Shown here one piece after another: positions 29,463 through 39,184 of a DNA stretch of 64,000 nucleotides. This DNA comes from Candidatus Delongbacteria bacterium (GTDB lineage Bacteria > CAIWAD01). The stretch lies in contig OY760505.1 of the NCBI GenBank assembly GCA_963663545.1, positions 1,952,001 to 2,016,000 on the forward strand, given 5' to 3'. Positions within the stretch are counted from its first letter, which is position 1. Every line of letters begins with the position of its first letter. Below the pieces are notes generated by a model. The model was not told where the DNA came from, did not search any database, and worked only from the letters and a program-made list of their open reading frames with translations. A program made the translations under genes and the position numbers.

Positions 29463-30787
29463 TTCGCTCTGTATCACATCGGTTAGCGCTGCTTTCCATG
29501 CGCGCTCAGTTTACCGCGTATCTACTCCTGGGGTACGCCGTGACCTGCTGGCTTGTACTCTTTGCCACTACGCTGATTGCGCATCTTGCAGGCGCGGAGC
29601 TCAACGTCGGACCGAGCTCACTTTTCTGGATTCTTCCGCTGGCACTGCTTCCTGTGTTCTTGGTTTCGGTGATGCGTCGTGGGCGAATTCGTCGTATTGC
29701 TCAGGTGCGCTGGGAAGAGGCAGACCGCAGCAATCCTGCAGAACTGTTGTCTCAATTGCTCTGGTCTCGGGCTCATCGTGTAGCTCTGGGAGAGCAAGCG
29801 TATTACGCCAAGCGCCTTCTAGTGCGTCAAGGTCTACTGCGCAAGCCGCTTCGTGCCTTGGATTCGACTGCGCAAAGGGTTCTGTTGGATCTGCTAACCG
29901 ATCACCGCATTTCACCCGCTCGCGAAGACCTGCTTGCCGGAGCTCGGCTACTCTCGAAGAGCGACCTACCTGTGACACAGCGACTGCGCTTGTGGAACCG
30001 GGTCGAGGCTGAGGGCTATGAGTTGGACCCCGTTGTGGACGATTTGCTAGAGCTTTGGGCCGAGAATCCTGTGCAGCGAGAGGGTCGTTTTTTACTGCCC
30101 CTGCTTTTCGCTTGTGCCCGGTCACCGCAGGTGTCCCGGATGAGTTCTGCACGGCTGATCCTCGTCGCCTTACTTAATGCTCGACGGCTAGGCGTAAAAC
30201 AGGTGCCGGGTGACTTGCGCGAGCCGCTGCTAGGCGAAAGTGCTCTTGCGCCATCAATTGTATCACGGATTCAGCGCCGTGTGCTTACTGGCGGACAAGG
30301 GCTGGTGCTGCGCATGGTGCGCAATCTGCATTCGGGCCTGATTGCTGTGTATCACCTGGCCACGCCAAAACGAACCGCGGTCACACTTGCGGCAATTGCC
30401 ATCGGTTTTCTTGTTCTCCGCTTCCACGGTTCTGCTTCGATACCGGAGGGGCATGGAACAGGGTCGGGCTTGGTCTTTGCGCCTCAGCCCGGTGATACAC
30501 TGCTGCGTTATACAGTGCAGGTGATGGCTTCACGTGATGCGGTGCAGGCCACAGCCCTGGCTGACAGTCTGCGGATTCACGGCTATTGGAGCTATGTCTT
30601 GGGTCCGCGCCCGAACTCCTCCTGGTATCGAGTACGATTGGGCGCGTTTCGCGACCGTGCACCGGCAGACTCGCTGGCCCAGGAGTTGAAGAGTCAAATG
30701 CTGATTGATGCTTGGTATGTGGCTAATTTCGATACATCTGGAACCGTTCATGGGGCGGCCGTTCGCCGCGGGGAGGTGCAACCATGA
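29459..30787 (+). CDS. Membrane protein with C-terminal SPOR domain
   Basis: TM segments; YTVQVMAS...WYRVRLGAF SPOR pattern; start uncertain. Confidence 0.75.
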   Translation: MIRSVSHRLALLSMRAQFTAYLLLGYAVTCWLVLFATTLIAHLAGAELNVGPSSLFWILPLALLPVFLVSVMRRGRIRRIAQVRWEEADRSNPAELLSQLLWSRAHRVALGEQAYYAKRLLVRQGLLRKPLRALDSTAQRVLLDLLTDHRISPAREDLLAGARLLSKSDLPVTQRLRLWNRVEAEGYELDPVVDDLLELWAENPVQREGRFLLPLLFACARSPQVSRMSSARLILVALLNARRLGVKQVPGDLREPLLGESALAPSIVSRIQRRVLTGGQGLVLRMVRNLHSGLIAVYHLATPKRTAVTLAAIAIGFLVLRFHGSASIPEGHGTGSGLVFAPQPGDTLLRYTVQVMASRDAVQATALADSLRIHGYWSYVLGPRPNSSWYRVRLGAFRDRAPADSLAQELKSQMLIDAWYVANFDTSGTVHGAAVRRGEVQP

Positions 30788-32478
30788 GGCAATGCTTGTG
30801 GGCCATAATAGCGGGTTTGCTGCTGGTAGCATGTGCACGGGCGGATTGTCTGAACGACCTCGCCAACCCGGCCTTGCGGGGCAGATTAGCAGGAACACCC
30901 GAAGGAGAAACCGCTGCGGCACTGGTTGTACAGGGCTTTTGCGATCAGGGACTTTCCCCTTGGCCTGGACGCTTCGATATGTATCACCACTTTACCTTTC
31001 GCCATTGCACGGGTCACGGCAGTGAAACCTTGTCGTATCGTGCGCTTGACGTATCTCATCAACCCTGGCGAAATGCACCTCCGCAGTTCTGGACGGTGCT
31101 GGACGCGAGCCAGGAAACCGAGGTCGAAGGTCCGTTGGTCTGGGGCGGCTTTGGTTTGGGGGCAGATTGCGCGTGGGATGATTGGATTGGTTTGAACGCG
31201 CACGGGGCTGTGGTGCTGATTTGCAGTGGCGACCCGCCTGTCGAGGCACTGAACGAGGACGGCAATCCAAGTTTGCGTTCTCGGGTGGAGCACGCCCGGG
31301 AGGCTGGCGCCGTCGGGCTTTTGCTGGTGCCGGACCCCTTCAAACCCGTTCCCTTGCCGAATGATGTGCTGGATGAATCTCTCGAGGATTGTGGTCTGCC
31401 GGTCTTTATCGTGGAAACCGCGCTGGTCGACAGTCTGCTGGGAGAGGTTAGCCTGAAGCGTCTTGTATCACAGGAACGTCGTACACACCAGCGGGAAAAC
31501 ACGGTTCTGCACCGTGAGATCCGTCTGAAGAGTTCGCCACTGATCGATGAGATTCCTGGTCACAATGTGCTGGCGGCTGTGCCGGACGCGATTCCCGACG
31601 AGCGAGGATGGATTCTCCTGACTGCGCATCACGATCACGAGGGACTCACACTGGACGGCCAAGTCCTTCCGGGGGCAGATGACAACGCCTCTGGCGTGTG
31701 TCTGCTCCAAGAACTTGCGTCCAGGTTCACCAGCACAAGGCTGCCGATTCTGTTTGCCTCTTTCGATGCCGAAGAGCAGGGGCTGATTGGATCACGCGCT
31801 CTTGTATCACATGGATTGCCGCAAATACGTACAGTGCTCAATTTTGACATGGTCGGACGCCTGCGCCAGCACACGCTCTACGTGCCAGGCGGCGCTGCAC
31901 AAGGTGCTTTGGACTCTTTGCTTCATGAAGCGGCCAGGGCTTATCAGCTGCGTGTTGTTAGCGGCACTTCACCGGAACTGGGTGGTGATCACCTTAGCTT
32001 CACAAGCGTCGGTATCCCGGCGTTGCACTTGTTTACCGGAACGCACGAAGACTACAACAAGCCTACGGATACTGCGGATCGGATCAACCGCGATGGACTC
32101 CGTCTGCTGGCGGACACGGTCGAGGAGTTGTGTTACAAGTTGCAGGCGTTCAACGGCGTTCTTGAGTCACCAGAATCAAGGGCTCCTGTTATGGAAGGGG
32201 GCCGTGTCCGAGTGGCCATCGGTATTGTGCCTTCATTTACTGGAGACAGTCGGGAGGGCTTGTTGATCAAAGAGGTGATCGCTGGAAGTCCCGCAGAGAT
32301 TGCCGGGATGCAGGCGGGCGACCTGATCGTCGCCGTTGATGGCGTCCTCATTGCCAACATCTATGACTATACGCATCTGATCCGCCGGCACAGCGCCGGT
32401 GACCATCTGTTGCTTAATCTTAATCGCAAAGGTGAGCGCCTTAGGGTAGAGGTGCCGCTTGGAGAACGACAGCCATGA
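30784..32478 (+). CDS. M28 family peptidase with PA and PDZ domains
   Basis: AHHDH, GADDNASG, AEEQGLIGS, NFDMVGR, GDH; PDZ IGIVP...GSPAEIAGMQAGDLI. Confidence 0.9.
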   Translation: MRQCLWAIIAGLLLVACARADCLNDLANPALRGRLAGTPEGETAAALVVQGFCDQGLSPWPGRFDMYHHFTFRHCTGHGSETLSYRALDVSHQPWRNAPPQFWTVLDASQETEVEGPLVWGGFGLGADCAWDDWIGLNAHGAVVLICSGDPPVEALNEDGNPSLRSRVEHAREAGAVGLLLVPDPFKPVPLPNDVLDESLEDCGLPVFIVETALVDSLLGEVSLKRLVSQERRTHQRENTVLHREIRLKSSPLIDEIPGHNVLAAVPDAIPDERGWILLTAHHDHEGLTLDGQVLPGADDNASGVCLLQELASRFTSTRLPILFASFDAEEQGLIGSRALVSHGLPQIRTVLNFDMVGRLRQHTLYVPGGAAQGALDSLLHEAARAYQLRVVSGTSPELGGDHLSFTSVGIPALHLFTGTHEDYNKPTDTADRINRDGLRLLADTVEELCYKLQAFNGVLESPESRAPVMEGGRVRVAIGIVPSFTGDSREGLLIKEVIAGSPAEIAGMQAGDLIVAVDGVLIANIYDYTHLIRRHSAGDHLLLNLNRKGERLRVEVPLGERQP

Positions 32479-34010
32479 GCAAACTGCAACTGGGTTTGAA
32501 CCCGATAACGATTGAAGACGTAGCGCTGGTGGCGCGTGGCAATTGCTGTGTCACGCTGGCACCTGAGATTTGCGCACAGATCCAGGCCAGTCGAGCGTTT
32601 GTGGATCAGGCGGTACAGACCGGAGAGGCCATCTACGGTATATCAACCGGATTCGGCGCACTGCAAAGTGTGAGCATTGCTGCGAAGGATCTGGAACAGC
32701 TGCAGCACAATTTGCTGATCAGTCATGCCGTTTCGACAGGCGAGAACCTGCCCCCGGAGATAGTCCGTTCCATGTTAGTACTGCGCGCAGCGTCGTTGTC
32801 TCACGGCCGTAGCGGAGTCCGCCTGGAATTGATCGAGCGCATTCTGAAACTGATCGAACTGGACATGTTGCCCGAGATTCCCCGGTTGGGAAGTGTGGGC
32901 GCATCCGGTGACCTTTCTCCCTTGTCTCACATGGCACTTCCGCTTATTGGCGAAGGCATAGTGCTGTGGCGGGGGAAGCGATGGAAATCCGCTGACGCTT
33001 TGCGCGAGGCAGGCCTTGAACCGCTACGGCTAAAAGCGAAAGAGGGTTTGGCTCTGAATAACGGCACGCAGTTCATGTCGGCGTGTGCCAGCTATTTGTT
33101 GTATCACGCTGGCCTGTTGACCCGTGCAGCCGACATCGCATTGGCGATGTGTCTGGAAGTGTTTCAGGGAAAGAGCTCGCCTTTTGAAGCCTGCGTTCAC
33201 GAGGTGCGACCGCATCCCGGCCAGGCGCTGGCCGCAGCCAATCTCCGACGCCTGATTGAAGGGTCGACGTTGGTTGATGCGCAAGACCCCGATCATCGTC
33301 GCGTTCAGGATTCATACTCCATCCGATGTGCGCCACAGGTCCACGGGGCAAGCCGTGACACATTGGCTTTTGTTCGCTCTGTGTGCGAGAGAGAGATTAA
33401 CTCCGTAACTGACAATCCCCTTGTGTATCACGAAGATGGGCGCGTTATCTCGGCAGGTAATTTTCACGGTGAGCCAATCGCTCAAGCACTGGATTGTGCC
33501 AAGATCGCGTTGTCGGAGTTGGCCTCCATTAGCGAACGGCGCACAGCTAAAATGCTGGACCCGGCGCAGAGCTACGGCCTGCCTCCCTTTCTGGCAGCGG
33601 CCAGCGGCATCAACTCCGGTTTGATGATTGTGCAGTACACATCGGCGGCGATTGTCTCCAAGAACAAAACGCTGGCGCATCCCGATTCGGTGGACTCTAT
33701 TTCGACCAGTGCGAACCAGGAAGACCATGTCAGCATGGGGGCCAACAGCGCACTCCACGCGCTGGAGATTCTTGAAAACCTTAGAACGGTACTGGCAATT
33801 GAGATCCTGTGTGCCCGTTATGCCAGGGGCTTCCGCAATGGAACAAGCGGGCGTGGAACGGGCGTCGTCTTTGATTCCCTCGAAGACAAGCTTGGTCGCC
33901 CCAGCGAGGTAGATCACGATTTCAGGGTTGAGTATCACGAGATTCGCGAGATGTTGCGTGACGGTAGTCTGCTGTCTACCGTAGAAGGCGTTTTGGGCAA
34001 GCTGGATTAA
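32475..34010 (+). CDS. hutH: Histidine ammonia-lyase
   Basis: IYGISTGFG, LISH, MIO-forming GSVGASGDL, KEGLAL, QDSYSIRC, NQEDHVSMG. Confidence 0.93.
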   Translation: MSKLQLGLNPITIEDVALVARGNCCVTLAPEICAQIQASRAFVDQAVQTGEAIYGISTGFGALQSVSIAAKDLEQLQHNLLISHAVSTGENLPPEIVRSMLVLRAASLSHGRSGVRLELIERILKLIELDMLPEIPRLGSVGASGDLSPLSHMALPLIGEGIVLWRGKRWKSADALREAGLEPLRLKAKEGLALNNGTQFMSACASYLLYHAGLLTRAADIALAMCLEVFQGKSSPFEACVHEVRPHPGQALAAANLRRLIEGSTLVDAQDPDHRRVQDSYSIRCAPQVHGASRDTLAFVRSVCEREINSVTDNPLVYHEDGRVISAGNFHGEPIAQALDCAKIALSELASISERRTAKMLDPAQSYGLPPFLAAASGINSGLMIVQYTSAAIVSKNKTLAHPDSVDSISTSANQEDHVSMGANSALHALEILENLRTVLAIEILCARYARGFRNGTSGRGTGVVFDSLEDKLGRPSEVDHDFRVEYHEIREMLRDGSLLSTVEGVLGKLD

Positions 34011-34059
34011 CCTTCTGTATCACGATGCGGTGATGGACCGATAAGCAACGGAAACAGAT

Positions 34060-35808
34060 ATGGCAAACAAGCGAGCCAGCCTTTACAATCTGTACCTGCT
34101 TGACGATACTCACGATCCTCGTGTGATACAGCGTCTGGCAAGAGTTACAGGTCTGAACAAGGCCCGGGTTCGCTTTGGTCTTCGCAGCCTTCCCTTTCTC
34201 GTAGTACGCGAACGCGCCCTCGGCGATGCCGTTGCGTTGCGTCGCGAGTTGGAGAGTATGGGACTGAGCTTGCGACTCGAGTGGTTGTCTGCGGATCGTA
34301 TCACCGGTGATACAAGTCACCCCTTGGCAAGTGTAGATGTGCCGGATGATGGCGCGGAGGGAGAAGCGCAGGAAGACAGGCGAAGGGACGATGTGCACGA
34401 TGAGGGAGAAGAGGTGCATGTCCAGCGGCGACGCAGGCGTAGTGCTGGCCCCGGGGCGCAGCGCCGTGATGCCGCAGAGATCGTGCTGGAAGAAGGAAGC
34501 GGATTCCGCGAAGTTCAACAGCCTTGGCGCAGCGCGCGTAGTACAGAGACACCCAAAGAGAAACCCGCCTTTCGCATGTGGTGGTTGCTTATTGCAGCCG
34601 CTGTGCTTGCTGGTCTTGTTAGCGGGATGATTCTGACGCGGGGATGTACGTCTCGTGATCCAGAGTTGCAACGTCACCAGGAACGCATCAAACAGGAGCT
34701 GGCGCGCATAGAGCCCCAAATGCGCCATTTGCTCAAAGTGCAGTCGCCGCCGCCGGAAGTGCTGGATCCTTTGCTTCTGCAGCTGGCCGCTGTGCGCGAC
34801 GAAGCACAGCAGGATTGGAACCTGCTTCCTGAGGGCCTGCGCCAGCGCATCGAGAATCTCGAAAGCATTGGTGCTACACTGGAATTGAGGCGTCCAAACG
34901 CACAGCCTTCCGTGATACACGACCCGAACCCTGAGGACCTGGATGAGCCTCCGGTGGAAGGCCCCGGGCCGGTAGATGCCTTTCTGATTCAGCCCTTGGA
35001 CACGATGGCGCTCAAGAATCGATTAAACCGGGCGCTGTCCAGCGATCGAATTCCCGGGTCGCTTTCGCAGCAGCGAAGTCTGGAGCGGTTGGTGGAGCAG
35101 ACCGAAAACATGCGTCGTGATCGCAGCACAGCCTATAACCGTCGACTGGATGATCAGCTCGACGCGCAACGCGAGAGATACGATCAGCTTCAGGCGCGTC
35201 TGATGGCGGGTGCGCTGCGACATCGTGGGTTGCAGTGGCTGCCGGAGGGCAGTGGGCCGATTGCGGTGGCCGGCCTGCCGGACAATACGCAGCTGGATCT
35301 TGAAGATGACCAGGGCGACGTTCATCGCGCTGAGGTGCGCGGCGGATTGGTCCACCTCGTTGGACGTCCACACGAACTGAATCCGGTGGCGGCGCGACTG
35401 GCGGCCTTGCAGGAACAGCCCAAATCCGTACGCCGCCTGTTGGATATCGGACTGCGGCTGTACAATCCGGAAGTGTATTACGCGACGATTCCCGGCTCTA
35501 CACTTCCGCGACCGAATCCTGGGGCGATTTACGCCAGTGCAGCAGGGCGACTTCCTGCCGAGCTTTTGCGCGAGGCCGTGCGCGAACGGCGTATTCCGGA
35601 GACGCGTGTGGAGGGCGCACCGCTCGAACCTGAACTGCGCGTGGAGGATTCGGCAGGAACTCAAGAGCTATTGCAAGTGCTCGATCGCTGTGCCGAAAGC
35701 TACATCCGCTGTCGACGCTGGCCACGTAAGCTGTTGGTGCAGCACGGGGAGAAGGAGTATGCGTTCACAGGGCAGGATTTGTGGCTGTTGACTTCTCATT
35801 CCAAATGA
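34060..35808 (+). CDS. Hypothetical membrane protein; N-terminus resembles the ribosomal L7/L12 C-terminal fold
   Basis: 582-aa ORF; single TM WWLLIAAAVLAGLVSGMIL; charged linker; predicted coiled coils. Confidence 0.6.
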   Translation: MANKRASLYNLYLLDDTHDPRVIQRLARVTGLNKARVRFGLRSLPFLVVRERALGDAVALRRELESMGLSLRLEWLSADRITGDTSHPLASVDVPDDGAEGEAQEDRRRDDVHDEGEEVHVQRRRRRSAGPGAQRRDAAEIVLEEGSGFREVQQPWRSARSTETPKEKPAFRMWWLLIAAAVLAGLVSGMILTRGCTSRDPELQRHQERIKQELARIEPQMRHLLKVQSPPPEVLDPLLLQLAAVRDEAQQDWNLLPEGLRQRIENLESIGATLELRRPNAQPSVIHDPNPEDLDEPPVEGPGPVDAFLIQPLDTMALKNRLNRALSSDRIPGSLSQQRSLERLVEQTENMRRDRSTAYNRRLDDQLDAQRERYDQLQARLMAGALRHRGLQWLPEGSGPIAVAGLPDNTQLDLEDDQGDVHRAEVRGGLVHLVGRPHELNPVAARLAALQEQPKSVRRLLDIGLRLYNPEVYYATIPGSTLPRPNPGAIYASAAGRLPAELLREAVRERRIPETRVEGAPLEPELRVEDSAGTQELLQVLDRCAESYIRCRRWPRKLLVQHGEKEYAFTGQDLWLLTSHSK

Positions 35809-35925
35809 ATGAGCTCCTCTTAACAATGATCTAGGATCTTTAACCGCAAGCCCATTCGCCTGGACAACAGGGCGGTCTTTTTGCGCGTCTTGACAGAAAA
35901 GGGAATACCGCACGTTCGATTTGGC

Positions 35926-35941
35926 TGGCACGACGCTTGCT
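35926..35941 (+). promoter_or_regulatory. Sigma-54 (-24/-12) promoter
   Basis: TGGCAC-GACGC-TTGCT matches TGGCAC-N5-TTGCW, about 140 nt upstream of ATG 36079. Confidence 0.75.
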
Positions 35942-36078
35942 TAAAATGCTCGACGCTCTCTCTGCTTGTGGATTCAACTTTCGGATGACAAGTTGGAAGG
36001 TCGCAAGGGTAAGGTACTCGCGAATCAATATGAAGACAACATTCAACGCCATACAAGAGAATCAGATTGAGGTGAACC

Positions 36079-38565
36079 ATGCGTAAGACACTCATTTTGG
36101 TCTCGATGACCGTTGGCCTGGCTACGGTGGCTTCTGCTGCCTTGGCCCCTGCCATTGGACATCCGCAGACTCCGGTTTCGTCGAAGGCAGCCATGATGGG
36201 CAAGATGATCAGTGAGCCGGTTGCCAATGCAGCCAGCAAGGTCAATGCTTCTGCCCGTACCGCTGACTACGATTACGAGACAGTTGAAATCGGCACCAGC
36301 CAGTACGATTATCAGCACAACGGCTCCCACGGTAAGATGGTTGCTGTTTCTTCAGACGGCGTTGTGCACGCTTCCTATATGGGCGGTACGGATACAGCTA
36401 ACAACCGCCGCGTTATGGCGGTCTGCGTTGACGGCACCACCATCACGGGTCCGGCCACCAACGTGCTGAACACCAAGACGGGTTACACGACCTGTGCCGT
36501 TACCAGTGCAACTCCGGTTAACGCGCTGGAAGGCAACACGACGGTTGTTGGTTTGCACAGTGCGCTGGGTTCCTGGTTCTGCTCCGACTTTGACGGTTGC
36601 ACCATGGCTTTCAGCTCGCTGATGCACTCTGGTTCAGATCAGCTCTGGCCGCACATCTCCTTGGACATCAATGACAAGATCCACATGGCTTGCGGCGATG
36701 CTTCCGAAGGAGACAATGAGGATGCCGTCTGGTTCACCAGCAGCACCTCGGGCTCTGCTTATGACAACAGCAGCTACGTGCAGCTTACCAACAACAGCAA
36801 CGTGCTGTCCATGACGACGGCTGCTGCGAAGACCGGTCAGGGTGCTGCCGTTCTGTTCATGCAGGACGCCACCAATCAGCAGGACATGTTCTCCGGTGGT
36901 GAGGGTGGCCAAGCCCCGCAATGGCACCACGACATCTTTGTGTACGAGGCTCACGACGCCAGTAACGACCTGCTGGGCGCCATTGCCGAGACAGACCCGG
37001 TGAACATCACCAAGTACATGACCCCTGGTAGCAGGACGCCCTTCGCTTACGGTGCTTTCGCCTATGCCGATGTGGATGCCATTTATGACCGCCAGGCTTC
37101 CCCTGAATTGCATATTGCGTTCTCGACGCCGATGTGCTTCCAGGACACCATCTACCTGCAGCAGGAAGGGTCCGCGGACACCCTGTTCTGGAATGACACC
37201 ATTCAGCTCGACTACTTCGGTGCTATCTGGCATTACAATTTCAACACTGAGAGCTGGAGCATGATCGCCGGAATGATGACACCCGAAGACGAGAGTGACG
37301 TTGCTCCCGATCCGGGCGTCTTCCGCATTGCCCGTGACCGCGTCCAGCTGGCCGTGGATGAGGACACCGGCTATCTGTATGCTATTTGGAACCAGTACAG
37401 CGACGATGATCGCCGTGCCGCAGGCAGCGATGGCCTGGAAATGGCCAATGGTGAAATCTTTGCCGCCTGTTCCAACGACAATGGTGAGACCTGGGGTGAG
37501 CCGGTCAATCTGACCAACACCCAGACTCCGGGCTGCGAAGCCGGTGACTGCAACAGCGAGACCTTCGGCTCCTTGGCCGAGGTCGTCACGGATGGCTACT
37601 TGCACATTACCTTCATGAACGACCTCCATGCCGGATCTTACATCCGTGCCGATGATCCGAATGACGGTTCGGAGCTGACCACGAACCCGATGTACTACAT
37701 GCGTGTCCCCGTCAGTGCCGTTCCGGCTCCCGAAGCCCCGCGTGCTGCACACATTGGTTTGTATCCTTACAAGCGCCAGTATGGCTTCTACAGCAGCGAG
37801 ACAACTTTCTCGTCCTCTCTTGTTCGCTTCTTCAACGAGAGCGACGACGAGATGCTGCTGGAGAGCGTAGTATGCTACCATGACCAGCTGGATGACATCG
37901 TTGCCGTTCCCGATGCTGCTGGCCATGACTTCAAGGCTATTATTGATCTGCGTGGCGATCCCCTGCGCACTGGTGTAGAGTGGGTCAGCAACGAGACCAG
38001 CACCGACTGGAATGGTGTTTGGGATGGCCGTATTCAGCCCTGGACCGTGAGCGCTGCCCGTCTGCTGGTTCGTCCGGTGGAAGACGCTGCCGGTCTGCCG
38101 CTGCGTGAGCAGGCCTTCGAGTTCATTTTCTACAACGTGAACACGGGTGAGCGCACTCATCGCTTCCACCGCTATACGTATCTGTATGCCGATGGTACCG
38201 ATCCGCTGGTGGAAGAGATCGACATGGACAACCTGGACAGCTATGCTGCAACCACGATCTACTCCTTCGACGTTGCCGTCGATGAGCAGCCCGCCGTTGT
38301 TCGTAGCCTGGATCTGGGTCAGAACTATCCGAACCCCTTCAACCCGACCACTGCAATCAACTTCACGCTGCCTTCAGCCGGAGAGACCAGCCTGAAGGTG
38401 TACAACCTGAGTGGTGAGCTGGTGAGCACGCTGGTTGATGGCCAGATGACTGCCGGTGCCCACAAGGTTCACTTTGACGGTTCCGCCATGGCTTCCGGTG
38501 TGTATTTCTACACACTCGAGAATGCAGGCATGACCGCGACCCGCAAGATGGTGCTGGTGAAGTAA
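36079..38565 (+). CDS. Secreted protein with T9SS type A-like C-terminal sorting domain
   Basis: GAGGTG RBS, signal peptide, BNR-like SNDNGETW, C-terminal LGQNYPNPFNPTT...SGVYFYTL...KMVLVK. Confidence 0.85.
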   Translation: MRKTLILVSMTVGLATVASAALAPAIGHPQTPVSSKAAMMGKMISEPVANAASKVNASARTADYDYETVEIGTSQYDYQHNGSHGKMVAVSSDGVVHASYMGGTDTANNRRVMAVCVDGTTITGPATNVLNTKTGYTTCAVTSATPVNALEGNTTVVGLHSALGSWFCSDFDGCTMAFSSLMHSGSDQLWPHISLDINDKIHMACGDASEGDNEDAVWFTSSTSGSAYDNSSYVQLTNNSNVLSMTTAAAKTGQGAAVLFMQDATNQQDMFSGGEGGQAPQWHHDIFVYEAHDASNDLLGAIAETDPVNITKYMTPGSRTPFAYGAFAYADVDAIYDRQASPELHIAFSTPMCFQDTIYLQQEGSADTLFWNDTIQLDYFGAIWHYNFNTESWSMIAGMMTPEDESDVAPDPGVFRIARDRVQLAVDEDTGYLYAIWNQYSDDDRRAAGSDGLEMANGEIFAACSNDNGETWGEPVNLTNTQTPGCEAGDCNSETFGSLAEVVTDGYLHITFMNDLHAGSYIRADDPNDGSELTTNPMYYMRVPVSAVPAPEAPRAAHIGLYPYKRQYGFYSSETTFSSSLVRFFNESDDEMLLESVVCYHDQLDDIVAVPDAAGHDFKAIIDLRGDPLRTGVEWVSNETSTDWNGVWDGRIQPWTVSAARLLVRPVEDAAGLPLREQAFEFIFYNVNTGERTHRFHRYTYLYADGTDPLVEEIDMDNLDSYAATTIYSFDVAVDEQPAVVRSLDLGQNYPNPFNPTTAINFTLPSAGETSLKVYNLSGELVSTLVDGQMTAGAHKVHFDGSAMASGVYFYTLENAGMTATRKMVLVK

Positions 38566-38591
38566 GCGCCCTTACGGACAGTTGCCGTATC

Positions 38592-38621
38592 ACGGCCCCC
38601 GGTTCGCCGGGGGCCGTTTTT
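38592..38621 (+). terminator. Intrinsic terminator
   Basis: ACGGCCCCCGG-TTCG-CCGGGGGCCGT followed by TTTT. Confidence 0.9.
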
Positions 38622-38650
38622 GCTGTGATACATTGTAACACGGAACACAA

Positions 38651-39067
38651 ATGGAACACGTGATACGAATCAAGGTGCGTGGCTATCACCTTGATATATT
38701 CGGGCACGTCAACAATGCCCGTTATCTGGAATTCATCGAAGAAGCCCGATGGGCATTGATGGACGAATTCGAGGCCTTTGCCGAGTTGGCTCGACAGGGC
38801 TACGCACTGGCGGTGGCCAATATCAACATCGATTATCGTTTGCCAGCAACCTTCGGGCAGACGCTGGAGGTTCGCACATATTTGTCTCACATCGGTACGC
38901 GCAGCGCACGCCTCTTGCAGCGTGTATCACGCGGGAAGCACGTGGTGGCCGATGCGGAAGTGACTTTTGTCGTGCTCAACAAGGAGCTGCGGGCGGCCCC
39001 GCTCGATGACAATGTGCGTGCAGCTCTTATGCAACTGGACGCTCCGCCGGGGGTTATCGCGGGTTGA
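38651..39067 (+). CDS. Acyl-CoA thioesterase (YbgC/FadM, 4HBT family)
   Basis: VRGYHLDIFGHVNNARYLEFIEEARW. Confidence 0.92.
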   Translation: MEHVIRIKVRGYHLDIFGHVNNARYLEFIEEARWALMDEFEAFAELARQGYALAVANINIDYRLPATFGQTLEVRTYLSHIGTRSARLLQRVSRGKHVVADAEVTFVVLNKELRAAPLDDNVRAALMQLDAPPGVIAG

Positions 39068-39081
39068 TTGGGCTGGAAAAC

Positions 39082-39108
39082 TGCAGCCCCCGCAAGCGGG
39101 GGGCTGCA
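39082..39108. terminator. Hairpin between convergent genes, probable bidirectional terminator
   Basis: TGCAGCCCCC...GGGGGCTGCA. Confidence 0.7.
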
Positions 39109-39184
39109 ACAAGCTGTTTTAGCAACAAGTGCTTGCACAAAACTGCAGTAGATGTTGATCCACCTAAATTGCAGAAGGAAGGTG

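Noticed and set aside
34298..34313. Similarity to lambda operator half-sites (TATCACC...GGTGATA), also at 24099-24123
   Set aside because: Spacing differs from the 17-bp operator, there are no phage genes, and the iterated motif explains the match
35942..36078. Riboswitch in the leader of the secreted-protein gene
   Set aside because: Only a short stem (CAACTT...AAGTTG) is visible and I recognise no aptamer consensus; an Rfam search would settle it
36634..38169. Long antisense ORFs (also 15641..16909, 54303..55250, 56748..58094, 22755..23780)
   Set aside because: Shadows of GC3-biased sense genes with no recognisable motifs
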